Origin: a virus
Strand: one strand, 5' to 3'
IMG/VR virus record: IMGVR_UViG_3300042806_000299
Coordinates: 4,469 to 68,468 of that record
DNA: 64,000 bases
In this document: positions 46,401-54,642 of the stretch, piece by piece
Numbering within the stretch: the first letter of the stretch is position 1
Layout: each line of letters starts with the position of its first letter
Notes under the pieces: generated by a model
The model's database searches: none
What the model was told of the DNA's origin: nothing
The model's input: the letters and a program-made list of their open reading frames with translations, nothing else
Made by a program: the position numbers and the translations under genes

Positions 46401-47809
46401 TTATTGGTAAAATTGAAAATAATGAAAATCGTGGCCAAACTCCAATTGGCAGCGATACATACTTTGTTGTAACTGGTAATTCACCAGAACAAAATATTAA
46501 TATTAGCGCAGGTTCTGGCGGTCTAGCAGTAATGTTAAACCCATCAACTAACGTTGGCTACTATTTTGAAATATTAGCACTAACTGAAAACAATGTTAAT
46601 AGTTATAGTAATTCTGCAGAAAATCTAGACAATGTAATTTTTTACAAAGTAATGAGAGATTCGGTTACATCAAACGCTATTCCAGTAAAATTGTGGGGCG
46701 GACTAACAAATATTATTGTTGATGACGGAAAATTTACGGGTCAGTCAAGGATGGTTGGAGAAGAAAATCCAACAGTATATGATATAGCAGTAGAATATCA
46801 AGACCTTGGAAACATAAGACGATTTTATCTATACATAAACAACAGGTTAGTATCTACAGTAGATGATACATCTCCACTTCCAATCTATAATAATATGGCT
46901 ATGTTTGTTCGTGGATCTGCAAGATGTATGTTTGAAAACCTTTATGCACTAACTAATAACTATAGTCAAAACACAACTTTTGCACTAGATACCCCAGTGA
47001 TGTCAGCAGTTAGCGACCAAGAAATTGATGTAAATGAATCATTTAGAAAGTACGCTATGAGTGGAATAGTTCAGTCAACCTATCTATCAGGAATAAGCGC
47101 ATCACAACCACCAGAGTATAATATGTACTTTGAAGAGTTTGGTTGTATTATGAGAGAGGCAGCATACTTTAATATCAGATATGATAAAGCATATCCCGCT
47201 CTTTATGCAAAACTTTCACCAACATTTAATAAAATAAAAGGATATGTTGTTTCTGGATTTAGAGCAGGTTCATATGGAGCAGAGTTTTTAATTTTTAATT
47301 CAACAGATACTGCCATTAGCCTTGACGAAACAACTGGAAATTATTTAAGAATTCAGGGCGTAACATTTACACAAGAATCCCAGCACGAGTTAACTATGGA
47401 TGAATATTTTAGTAAAAATAGTGATTTTTCAAATCCAGATATTTCAGGTTCAAATTTAATTAAATCTCCAATTAAGTACGACAATGACTTTAAAGATATA
47501 AAAGTTAGCAGAATGACATACGGCAAAAAAGATTTTTCATTAGAAACTCCTTATATTCAAACACAGGATGACGCTAATAGTTTAATGGAATGGATTGTTA
47601 ATAAAGTGATTAAGCCTAGAAGATCTGTAGGCTTAAAAATTTTTGCAACTCCAACCTTACAACTAGGAGATATTGTTACTATTGACTATAAAGATAATGA
47701 CCTAGTTGATCAAGTTTCTGGTGTTTCAAGTAGGTTTGTAGTATATAATATAGAGTATGCAAAAAACTCAGAAGGTCCAGATATGAATATATATTTGAGT
47801 GAGGTATAA
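43490..47809 (+). CDS. tail tip/hub protein (1439 aa)
   Basis: Synteny; 'FFDEYNNF' and terminal 'LQLGDIVT' motifs typical of Tal/central tail proteins. Confidence 0.65.
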   Translation: MFQNDELKNHLETSSVIRTQSAVIAEWNMNIPNNIKKIGNYRYRPAEPASIYNSLINSFDMNENEFSAVKFYHGATDADISLDGGVDDLNQPITLTPKKDKVKLFYSLENCFSKFRPRSGINKAKYLRNSYIHHTNTNMADRPRYYMPDKDDYFKYWTSYRTEEGIEYGISNKVINGQHYISDAAPFVVYENKVPTNRVIVKMQTHIGSVDLGPFSKSSGSFLDPFYGDFNKRTPVSWKIQSLKDNNWIDIKSFNASTTRRDGTPLISEDGYLELSYGLIVPNRYRDVFIKSEEYSSTNFLPEKSINGYAYLIKENDLDLGVYHIWFENRYETFIPTYGWDVADESVDRLTNFVTDLTSPIIYSSPTDGKNVYREFEYIEGLRVVVETMTKSDSTFDLIELSPRLVVDLSDKTVDFSITKTASDLGLSGLPVGQLLASNGTLNLFDYDQAFNINNNSSIVKNYISKNIQIKFYEIIINVNGNDYFVPIKTMYTEGFPEVDNENRQVSLKLRDMFFYFESITAPQTLATSASLSYAVAMILDSIGFSNYIFKRTPGEPDPIIPYFFISPDTTVAEVLNELAVSTQTAMFFDEYNNFVMMSKNYILPTVDERVTDFELYGSKDFIKDGVLQNKASKNKLANIISVSSQNNDIFNDGSINYKTRYIQKTYGSLKQASLIDQEKTWIYKPVLLWEVTGDQNAKSANDQSNNQSSYTLAAIPLNSNLSTTVPYVANNTLLNNVMDLGEGIYWLSRYNGYFYSNGEVIKFDAVEYSITGYGNVWINNVLEYQNYFSKLTHNGKIYPTGLVRIYSVPNYQNINGITKLKNGPVAKHGRGQFGTQIVSHNAGLDPYWTSNDSVRGCTMKSELLFSLADQSSIDAKIKEFTLDTQAAGVSNSLAQQSVRTGIIKNFLSQYYGTETDLNKLKTTQSGTIQSSAFILNGPSFTTTQSGIDFVSYVHKPLTNKFKHFGTRMRIIGKIENNENRGQTPIGSDTYFVVTGNSPEQNINISAGSGGLAVMLNPSTNVGYYFEILALTENNVNSYSNSAENLDNVIFYKVMRDSVTSNAIPVKLWGGLTNIIVDDGKFTGQSRMVGEENPTVYDIAVEYQDLGNIRRFYLYINNRLVSTVDDTSPLPIYNNMAMFVRGSARCMFENLYALTNNYSQNTTFALDTPVMSAVSDQEIDVNESFRKYAMSGIVQSTYLSGISASQPPEYNMYFEEFGCIMREAAYFNIRYDKAYPALYAKLSPTFNKIKGYVVSGFRAGSYGAEFLIFNSTDTAISLDETTGNYLRIQGVTFTQESQHELTMDEYFSKNSDFSNPDISGSNLIKSPIKYDNDFKDIKVSRMTYGKKDFSLETPYIQTQDDANSLMEWIVNKVIKPRRSVGLKIFATPTLQLGDIVTIDYKDNDLVDQVSGVSSRFVVYNIEYAKNSEGPDMNIYLSEV

Positions 47810-47810
47810 G

Positions 47811-48299
47811 ATGGTTGAAGCAACACCAAATCTGCCAATACCTAATGCATCTACTGCATCAGAAGGTGTTCTTGCAGCATCTAAAGATATTTTTGTTATA
47901 ACAGATGAGTCACTTCCAATAGAAATAATGACTGATCTTGTTTTTGAAGACATAGGTGGGCAAGAAATTATTAATATATCAAGATCAGATATTGTCAGTG
48001 GTCAAAATGTTATTTATCAACCAATCAAAAACCTGACATTATTAAACTATCAATACAATCCGCAAAATATTATTTCATTACAAGATACTTTAGAGAGTTA
48101 TTTTAAAAAATTTCCAATACAACTAGATAAAAAAATACCTACAGTCGGAACTGGTGGAAACAATGAAACAGCATATATTGACTCCGATACGGGAAATTTA
48201 ATAATAAATGTAGTTAACTTAGAAAAAGATGAGCAAGTAGAGGTACAAATCCTTAATGGTGGGGATATATTTAATGATACAATATATGAGGTGAATTAA
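47811..48299 (+). CDS. minor tail protein (start revised to ATG 47811)
   Basis: ORF track, synteny. Confidence 0.45.
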   Translation: MVEATPNLPIPNASTASEGVLAASKDIFVITDESLPIEIMTDLVFEDIGGQEIINISRSDIVSGQNVIYQPIKNLTLLNYQYNPQNIISLQDTLESYFKKFPIQLDKKIPTVGTGGNNETAYIDSDTGNLIINVVNLEKDEQVEVQILNGGDIFNDTIYEVN

Positions 48300-49433
48300 A
48301 TGATTACTAATACTGGAAAAAATATTTTAGCAAAATACCTACTAGGACAGGCTCCAGCCTATGCCTCATATATTGCCCTTGGCTGTGGAGCAAAGCCATT
48401 AGCATCAGATGGCGTTCTTGGTGACTATTCTAACAAGGAAAGACTTAATTTTGAAATGTTTCGTGTTCCAATTATTTCTCGTGGTTATGTCTCTGAAGAT
48501 AATATAACAAAACTTGTTTTTACGGGAGAACTTCCATCAGAAGAAAGATATGAAATAACAGAGGTTGGTATATTTTCTGCGGGATCAAATACTTCTACAG
48601 GAGCATATGACAGTAAGTCAATTTATGCATTTACTCAAGATGAGAACTGGGAATATCATACTACAACTACAGCAACATCTATTCCAATAATATACGAACC
48701 ACTAGATGGAGATTTACAAAACAACGTTATAAATGTATCAAATCGTGTGTTTCAAACAAATGCCGATAATCGTATTTTTACAAATCAAAACAGATATTTA
48801 AGATATGAAAGGTGCAGGTTCTTTAATAACATTGTTGTTCTTAGAGGAGACCTGTCAAGCATATCAACTGATATTAATAATCGCCTTGTTATTAATGCTG
48901 GATCTGAACACCTTCATTTAACTGGAGCAGAATTAGACTTTAACAGAAATGCTCCAACTGATGAAATTAAATTGGCCTTTACTGTAATCAATAAAAATGG
49001 AGAATCTACCGCCGTTCCAGACAATGTAAAAATTATTGTTGAGTTTGCGTCATCAGACATTCATAATTCTGGAGAATGGGCAAGGTTTGAAATAAACTTA
49101 AATAATGGAACGGGAGTAGGTCAGCATGACTTTAGTACAAATAGATATGTAGTTGCAACAAAACAATTACAAGAACTGTACAAAAGTTCTGGTTTTACAT
49201 GGAGTCAAGTTGACGTAGTTAAAATTCTTGCTTCTGTAACAGATAATGGTTCGGTAACAGATAATTTTTATATATGCCTTGATGCAATTAGATTGGAAAA
49301 CAATAGCACTGCAAATCCACTGTATGGAATGAGTGGTTATTCTATTATTAAAAATATAGGAGCACAGCCTATAATTAAATTAGCAAACACAACAAACTAT
49401 ATTGAGTTTAGGTTTGCTTTGGATGTTCAATAA
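48300..49433 (+). CDS. baseplate/tail-collar-like protein
   Basis: 'ITN.GKNILAK...IALG.G...F.GELP...ITEVGIF' resembles tail-collar domains. Confidence 0.55.
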   Translation: MITNTGKNILAKYLLGQAPAYASYIALGCGAKPLASDGVLGDYSNKERLNFEMFRVPIISRGYVSEDNITKLVFTGELPSEERYEITEVGIFSAGSNTSTGAYDSKSIYAFTQDENWEYHTTTTATSIPIIYEPLDGDLQNNVINVSNRVFQTNADNRIFTNQNRYLRYERCRFFNNIVVLRGDLSSISTDINNRLVINAGSEHLHLTGAELDFNRNAPTDEIKLAFTVINKNGESTAVPDNVKIIVEFASSDIHNSGEWARFEINLNNGTGVGQHDFSTNRYVVATKQLQELYKSSGFTWSQVDVVKILASVTDNGSVTDNFYICLDAIRLENNSTANPLYGMSGYSIIKNIGAQPIIKLANTTNYIEFRFALDVQ

Positions 49434-49873
49434 TGGCATTGCCAGATAACGGTATTAAAAAAGTAATAATCCCAAAATCTTCTTTGCCACAGAGATCTGG
49501 AGAGAATAAAGACTATGCCTTCAGATTTAGAGTTGTATCAGAAGATAAAAATAGAAGTTCTCACTGGTCAATTAAGTATAACGTTGCTCTTCCAGATGTA
49601 ACTGTTATAGATTATAGAATTGCGATAGATTCGACAAACGAGGTAGTTACCGCAGTGTGGGTTCCAGAGGCTGGGACAAAGTCTGAATTTGATGTTTATA
49701 TAAAATGGGATAATGAACCATGGCAGTTTGTTTCTACTGTTTTTACAACAACATATTCTACAGTTATTAAGTCTAGTGCAAATAAGGTACAGATTGCTGT
49801 ACAAGTACCAACATTTCCAAAACAAAGATATACAGGCTCAACCCTTTTTGAGTCAACACAGGAAAATGTTTGA
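49433..49873 (+). CDS. minor tail protein (FN3-like)
   Basis: YAFRFRVVS...S.WS pattern. Confidence 0.4.
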   Translation: MALPDNGIKKVIIPKSSLPQRSGENKDYAFRFRVVSEDKNRSSHWSIKYNVALPDVTVIDYRIAIDSTNEVVTAVWVPEAGTKSEFDVYIKWDNEPWQFVSTVFTTTYSTVIKSSANKVQIAVQVPTFPKQRYTGSTLFESTQENV

Positions 49874-49882
49874 TGGTATAAT
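49874..49882 (+). promoter_or_regulatory. extended -10 (TGgTATAAT) for 49892
   Basis: 9-nt spacer. Confidence 0.55.
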
Positions 49883-49891
49883 AGATATATT

Positions 49892-50335
49892 ATGGCAAAA
49901 CTACCACTACCAGAGCGAGGCCAACCACTAGATGTTTCTTATATCTATCAGTTGGCTACAGCAATAAATGATTTATCTTCACAAATATCTCCAGCAGTAT
50001 ACAAGTATGTAACAATAGACACACAAGGGGTTGGAAAACAAAGTGTAAAGGCTTCTGAGGCTAGAATTATTGGTGGATATGTGAGCGTTGTAAACAGTTC
50101 TACACGAAATGCTGGAACAGAAGTTGCGTTTTCTTATGATTTTCCAACTGATTTTAAATATGCACCAATTGCTACTGCAACACCAATTAATATCGGTGGC
50201 ACAGATGCTGGTAAAAATGTTTCAGTAGTTTTAAAAACCGTTACAACATCTAAAGTTGAAGGAATTGTTAGATTCGGAACAACTGGAGATATGTCTGTTG
50301 ATGTTAATCTTATTATAATTGGAATTCCAAATTAA
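49892..50335 (+). CDS. tail fibre-tip-like protein (gp53/H-lectin-like beta sandwich)
   Basis: 'F..DF..AP.ATAT...V...IIIG' pattern. Confidence 0.45.
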   Translation: MAKLPLPERGQPLDVSYIYQLATAINDLSSQISPAVYKYVTIDTQGVGKQSVKASEARIIGGYVSVVNSSTRNAGTEVAFSYDFPTDFKYAPIATATPINIGGTDAGKNVSVVLKTVTTSKVEGIVRFGTTGDMSVDVNLIIIGIPN

Positions 50336-50337
50336 GA

Positions 50338-50529
50338 ATGATAAAATGTATAAAATGTACACGGAAAATGTTCATAGACAGACAGTACAGCAAAATTGAT
50401 CATTTAGAAATTTATTGCATATACTGTGGATCACGCAGATTTTTCCATCCACCTACAGAAACAGCAGAGGGACAATGGCTACTAAAAAAGGAAGTATTGA
50501 GAGCGAAGGCTACAATGAGTCCCCTATAA
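50338..50529 (+). CDS. zinc-ribbon protein
   Basis: CIKC...CIYCG. Confidence 0.6.
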   Translation: MIKCIKCTRKMFIDRQYSKIDHLEIYCIYCGSRRFFHPPTETAEGQWLLKKEVLRAKATMSPL

Positions 50530-51017
50530 TACAGGGGAATAAAAAGGTTTGGTTTCTCAATAAAGATCTTGTTAGAATTTATCATATAAATAGATCCAAT
50601 GGAATAATGTCTGTTTATAACATTACACAAGATAGAATTGAAAGTTGTTTAGTTAGTGATTTTAAAAATAAAAGAGAAAGAGCATACACCGTTGGCCAGA
50701 CTGCTGATTTAGTTAATCGTCATAAAAAATATATGCCATCATTAATGAAACGAGGAGTCATTCCTTTTCCAACTGGATCACAGAAAGGTGGAGCAAGAGG
50801 ATTTCAAGTTAGATCATATTACTCAGAATCACAAGTAAAAGAGATTCGTGATATACTTGCTTCATACCATATTGGTAGACCAAGAAAAGATAATTTAATA
50901 ACAAACGACATTACACCATCGCAGCAAGAGTTGACACGCAGGATGGGAGACGGTATACTTACATATAGAAGAACTGAAGATGGAAGGTTTATTCCAGTGT
51001 GGAATGAGTCTATTTAA
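50475..51017 (+). CDS. MerR/excisionase-like HTH DNA-binding protein (start revised to ATG 50475)
   Basis: YTVGQTADLVNRH...G.IP...RSYYSESQV. Confidence 0.6.
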   Translation: MATKKGSIESEGYNESPIIQGNKKVWFLNKDLVRIYHINRSNGIMSVYNITQDRIESCLVSDFKNKRERAYTVGQTADLVNRHKKYMPSLMKRGVIPFPTGSQKGGARGFQVRSYYSESQVKEIRDILASYHIGRPRKDNLITNDITPSQQELTRRMGDGILTYRRTEDGRFIPVWNESI

Positions 51018-51030
51018 CGAAGGGTATGAA

Positions 51031-51237
51031 ATGGAAAACGAAGACACAAAGGTATCTGTTACATTAGGATACACACTTAATCTTGGCAACTTTCAATCAC
51101 TAAGAATTGATCTTGGAATTGTTGATTCACGTAAAAATGGAGAAAATATAAATCAAGCATTTGATCGTGTCTATCAGTTTGTTGAAAACAGACTAACTGA
51201 AAAAATTAACGAAGCAAAGGCTGAGATTAACGAATAA
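51031..51237 (+). CDS. small conserved phage protein (start revised to ATG 51031)
   Basis: VTLGYTLNLGNFQSLRIDLG motif. Confidence 0.55.
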   Translation: MENEDTKVSVTLGYTLNLGNFQSLRIDLGIVDSRKNGENINQAFDRVYQFVENRLTEKINEAKAEINE

Positions 51238-51545
51238 TGGCCGAACGCAAAGACCGAATGGCTTTGCTTTCAAGATACAGCAAGCATCATACTGCAAAGT
51301 ATGAAAAAAAGCCATCATTAAATTTAAATGTAGAACAATGGGCTTCAGATGCTCTTATTGAGTCATATGGAATAGGACAGTGCTATGATATTCTTGAGTA
51401 TTACTTTAACGTTTCTTTGTCTCCTTCTTGGAGTTACTTTGCTTACAATGCGGAAAAAATATTACAAGCAAAATTAGATAAAGATCAAGATAATAAAGAA
51501 AGAGCAGAAAGAAGAAGAATGGCAAAGGAGTGGCTAAGTGAATAA
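51237..51545 (+). CDS. hypothetical protein, possibly a helicase partner
   Basis: Overlaps the dnaB start. Confidence 0.5.
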   Translation: MAERKDRMALLSRYSKHHTAKYEKKPSLNLNVEQWASDALIESYGIGQCYDILEYYFNVSLSPSWSYFAYNAEKILQAKLDKDQDNKERAERRRMAKEWLSE

Positions 51546-52764
51546 TACAGAAGCAAAAGTAATTTCAGCAGTCCTAAATGATAAGCAGGTGCATGTACTT
51601 CTTCAGGCAAACATCGATAACCTTCTTAGAACTCACAATGATGTTTGGGAGTTTATAAGAAATTATTTTGAGCACAATAGTTCTGTTCCACCAATCAATC
51701 TTGTTGTAGATAAATTTAGAGACTTCCAACCAATAGAAGGCGTTGGAGCAACAAAACATCATCTTGAAGAATTGCAAACAGAATATTTAACTGACAGCCT
51801 AAAAGATATTTTAAGATCTGCTGCTGGAGATGTTCAGCAGGGCGAAGGTAACAAGGCATTAGATAACCTAATTACACAAACATCAGAATTAAAAAAGAAC
51901 ACGTCTGCAATTCGTGACATTGATGTAACAGATCTAGAATCTGCAGTTGCTTATTTTGAAAATCTTAAAGTACAACAGGCTGCAGGCCATGTTGGTATTA
52001 AAACTGGACTACCAGGATTTGATAACTATCTTCCTTCAGGAATCATGCCAGGGCAGTTAGGGGTCTTCCTTGCATATCCAGGTATTGGAAAGTCTTGGCT
52101 TGCTCTTTACTTTGCCGTACAGGCCTGGAAACAGGGTAAGACGCCTCTTATAATTTCACTTGAGATGTCAGAAACAGAAGTTCGTAATCGTGTATTTACT
52201 ATTATGGGTGAAGGTCTTTGGTCCCACAGAAAATTAAGTAACGGAAATGTAGAGTTGGATACCCTTAAGGCTTGGCATGCTAAACATCTACAGGGTAAGC
52301 CAGAGTTTCATATTATCTCAAATGATCAAGGTGGAGAAATTAATCCATCAGTTCTTCGTGGAAAGATTGACCAGTATAAGCCAGACTTTGTTATTGTTGA
52401 CTATCTTCAGTTAATGTCTCCAAATCAAAAATCAGAAAATGAAACGGTACGAATGAAAAACCTTTCAAGAGAACTTAAACTAATGGCTATTGGTGAAGAA
52501 GTTCCTATTATTGCTATCTCTTCTGCTACACCAGATGATGCAAATGATTTAACAAGCGTCCCTACTTTAGGACAAACTTCCTGGTCAAGACAGATTGCAT
52601 ATGATGCTGACTGGGTAATTGCACTTGGTCGTGCACAAAATAGCGATGTTATTGAGTGTGCATTTAGAAAGAATCGTAACGGATTTATGGGAGATTTTCT
52701 TGTTCAGGTTGATTTTGACAAAGGATACTATAGATATAAAGATTTTGAAGATAAGTCGGTATAA
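51538..52764 (+). CDS. dnaB: DnaB-like replicative helicase
   Basis: GIKTG, Walker A AYPGIGKS, SLEMS, VIVDYLQL, LSRELK..A, YDAD. Confidence 0.92.
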   Translation: MNNTEAKVISAVLNDKQVHVLLQANIDNLLRTHNDVWEFIRNYFEHNSSVPPINLVVDKFRDFQPIEGVGATKHHLEELQTEYLTDSLKDILRSAAGDVQQGEGNKALDNLITQTSELKKNTSAIRDIDVTDLESAVAYFENLKVQQAAGHVGIKTGLPGFDNYLPSGIMPGQLGVFLAYPGIGKSWLALYFAVQAWKQGKTPLIISLEMSETEVRNRVFTIMGEGLWSHRKLSNGNVELDTLKAWHAKHLQGKPEFHIISNDQGGEINPSVLRGKIDQYKPDFVIVDYLQLMSPNQKSENETVRMKNLSRELKLMAIGEEVPIIAISSATPDDANDLTSVPTLGQTSWSRQIAYDADWVIALGRAQNSDVIECAFRKNRNGFMGDFLVQVDFDKGYYRYKDFEDKSV

Positions 52765-52765
52765 T
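52760..52765 (+). promoter_or_regulatory. -10 TATAAT overlapping the dnaB stop; leaderless start at 52773
   Basis: GTA TAA T; 7-nt spacer. Confidence 0.55.
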
Positions 52766-52772
52766 ATGTTAC

Positions 52773-53117
52773 ATGGCGAACTATCATCACAAACCTATAA
52801 AAAGGTTCAATTTAAGTGGAGTAATCTACGATGAGTCAGCAATTGGGCGACTTAAAAATGAATACACTAGACTTATTGAGTCTGAAATGCGTTTATCTGG
52901 ATATGTGCCTAGACTTGATATTGACATAGATTTTACAATAGACTATAATGAGAAAAAGAAATATTTTGAATTTGAAATAACAATATATGGGATACGTACA
53001 GGGAGAAAGCAAAGCGAATGGATAAATGGAATAGACGGAAACAAAGCAATTTATACACTAAAGAACAAATTAAAAGAGTCATCACAGGCTCAGGTATCAC
53101 AGTCGAATCAGAAATAG
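52773..53117 (+). CDS. hypothetical protein
   Basis: ORF track. Confidence 0.5.
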   Translation: MANYHHKPIKRFNLSGVIYDESAIGRLKNEYTRLIESEMRLSGYVPRLDIDIDFTIDYNEKKKYFEFEITIYGIRTGRKQSEWINGIDGNKAIYTLKNKLKESSQAQVSQSNQK

Positions 53118-53962
53118 ATTCTGACTACATAATCTTTTGTCCATTTCATAATAATAATCGTACACCTGCTGGTGAAATTGATAAGTATAACGGAACATTT
53201 TTTTGTTTTTCTTGCCATCACGTTGCTAGTCTTGTTGAGTTTGTAATGCACACATCTGGACGAACATATTTTGAGTCGGCTCGTTTTATTAAAAGTAAAG
53301 AAACAGAGCAAGATTTAGAGCGTGATATAAATCAAAAACTAGTTTTAAGGCCAGAGTTTGTACCATTTGATGAACTTATATTAAAACGTTTACATAACAA
53401 CCTGCTTGCATCAGATAGGGCAAAAGATTATTTTAAATATCGTAAAATAGAAAACACATCTTGGACAAAGTTTTCTTTAGGGTATTCAGAAAAACAAGAT
53501 ATGGTAACTGTCCCAGTTCATAGTCCAGATGGCTTGCCAGTTGGGTTTGTTGGCAGATCTATTGAAGGAAAAGAATTTAAGAATACTCCAGGGCTTCCAA
53601 AAGCCAAAACATTATTTAATCTAAACCGTATTAAAACTGCAGACAGGGTTTACGTAGTTGAATCATCCTTTGATGCCATAAGGCTTGATCAGGTTGGTCT
53701 TCCAGCAGTAGCAACGCTTGGGTCAAATGTATCAAATATACAAATAGAATTGCTTCAAAAATATTTTAATAACATTATTGTTGTTGCTGATAATGATGAG
53801 GCAGGAGGAAACATGAAAGATAAGATAATTGAAAAACTTGGATCTCGTGTTTCTGTTATACAACTAAATAAAGAATATAAAGATATTGGTGATATGCCAG
53901 ATGAAAATATCAAAAAATTGGAAGTTTCATTTGACAAAGACATTACCTCTATGCTAAACTAA
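53018..53962 (+). CDS. dnaG: DNA primase (CHC2 zinc finger + TOPRIM)
   Basis: CPFH...FFCFSC; VVES.FD; AVATLGS; VADNDEAG. Confidence 0.9.
   Translation: MDKWNRRKQSNLYTKEQIKRVITGSGITVESEIDSDYIIFCPFHNNNRTPAGEIDKYNGTFFCFSCHHVASLVEFVMHTSGRTYFESARFIKSKETEQDLERDINQKLVLRPEFVPFDELILKRLHNNLLASDRAKDYFKYRKIENTSWTKFSLGYSEKQDMVTVPVHSPDGLPVGFVGRSIEGKEFKNTPGLPKAKTLFNLNRIKTADRVYVVESSFDAIRLDQVGLPAVATLGSNVSNIQIELLQKYFNNIIVVADNDEAGGNMKDKIIEKLGSRVSVIQLNKEYKDIGDMPDENIKKLEVSFDKDITSMLN
53931..53960 (+). promoter_or_regulatory. TTGACA-18-TAAACT promoter with TG extension, embedded in the primase 3' end, driving SSB
   Basis: Read directly; AAGGAGA SD before 53986. Confidence 0.6.
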
Positions 53963-53985
53963 TATAACAAACAAAGGAGAAATAT

Positions 53986-54639
53986 ATGAGCGTAATTAAG
54001 GGATTAAAAGATATCAACGCCCTGCTCGAAAAACCAAAATACGAAGGAACAGGACAAAAAGTTCGTTGGGTTAAACTTGCGGATGGGCAATCAGCAAAGG
54101 TTCGTTTTGTTGAAGAACTAGACGTTGACTCAGCAAACTATTCAGAGACTCGTGGTCTTTCTGTAGTAGTTTCAGAACACACAAATCCAAAAGATTACAA
54201 GCGCAAGGCAGCATGTACTCAGGACTCTGAGGGACGTTGTTTTGGATGCGAAATGGCACGTAAGGAACCAAAGTCAGGTTGGAGAGCACGTTTGCGTTTC
54301 TATTGCAACGTTCTAATGAATGACGGACTTGAAGATCCATACATTGCTGTTTGGTCCCAAGGAATTTCTAAACAATCAGCATTTAATAACATTCGTGAAT
54401 ATGCACTTGATACAGGTAGCATTTCAAATCTTGAGTGGAAGTTAAAGCGTAATGGTCAGGGAACTGAAACCAATTACACACTTCTACCTTCAAAGCCAGA
54501 TGCAGAACCATTTGCATGGGAAGGTTTTGAATTCTTCAACCTAGAAAAGGTTGTTCGTGAGGTTCCATATCCAGAGCAAGAAGCATTCTACTTTGGATTT
54601 GACACTCCATCTGTTACCAGCACTAATATCGACTGGTAG
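53986..54639 (+). CDS. single-stranded DNA-binding protein (gp32-like, Zn-binding)
   Basis: C...CFGC cluster, 'KLKRNG.GTETNY.LLP' motif; position between primase and polymerase. Confidence 0.7.
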   Translation: MSVIKGLKDINALLEKPKYEGTGQKVRWVKLADGQSAKVRFVEELDVDSANYSETRGLSVVVSEHTNPKDYKRKAACTQDSEGRCFGCEMARKEPKSGWRARLRFYCNVLMNDGLEDPYIAVWSQGISKQSAFNNIREYALDTGSISNLEWKLKRNGQGTETNYTLLPSKPDAEPFAWEGFEFFNLEKVVREVPYPEQEAFYFGFDTPSVTSTNIDW

Positions 54640-54642
54640 TAG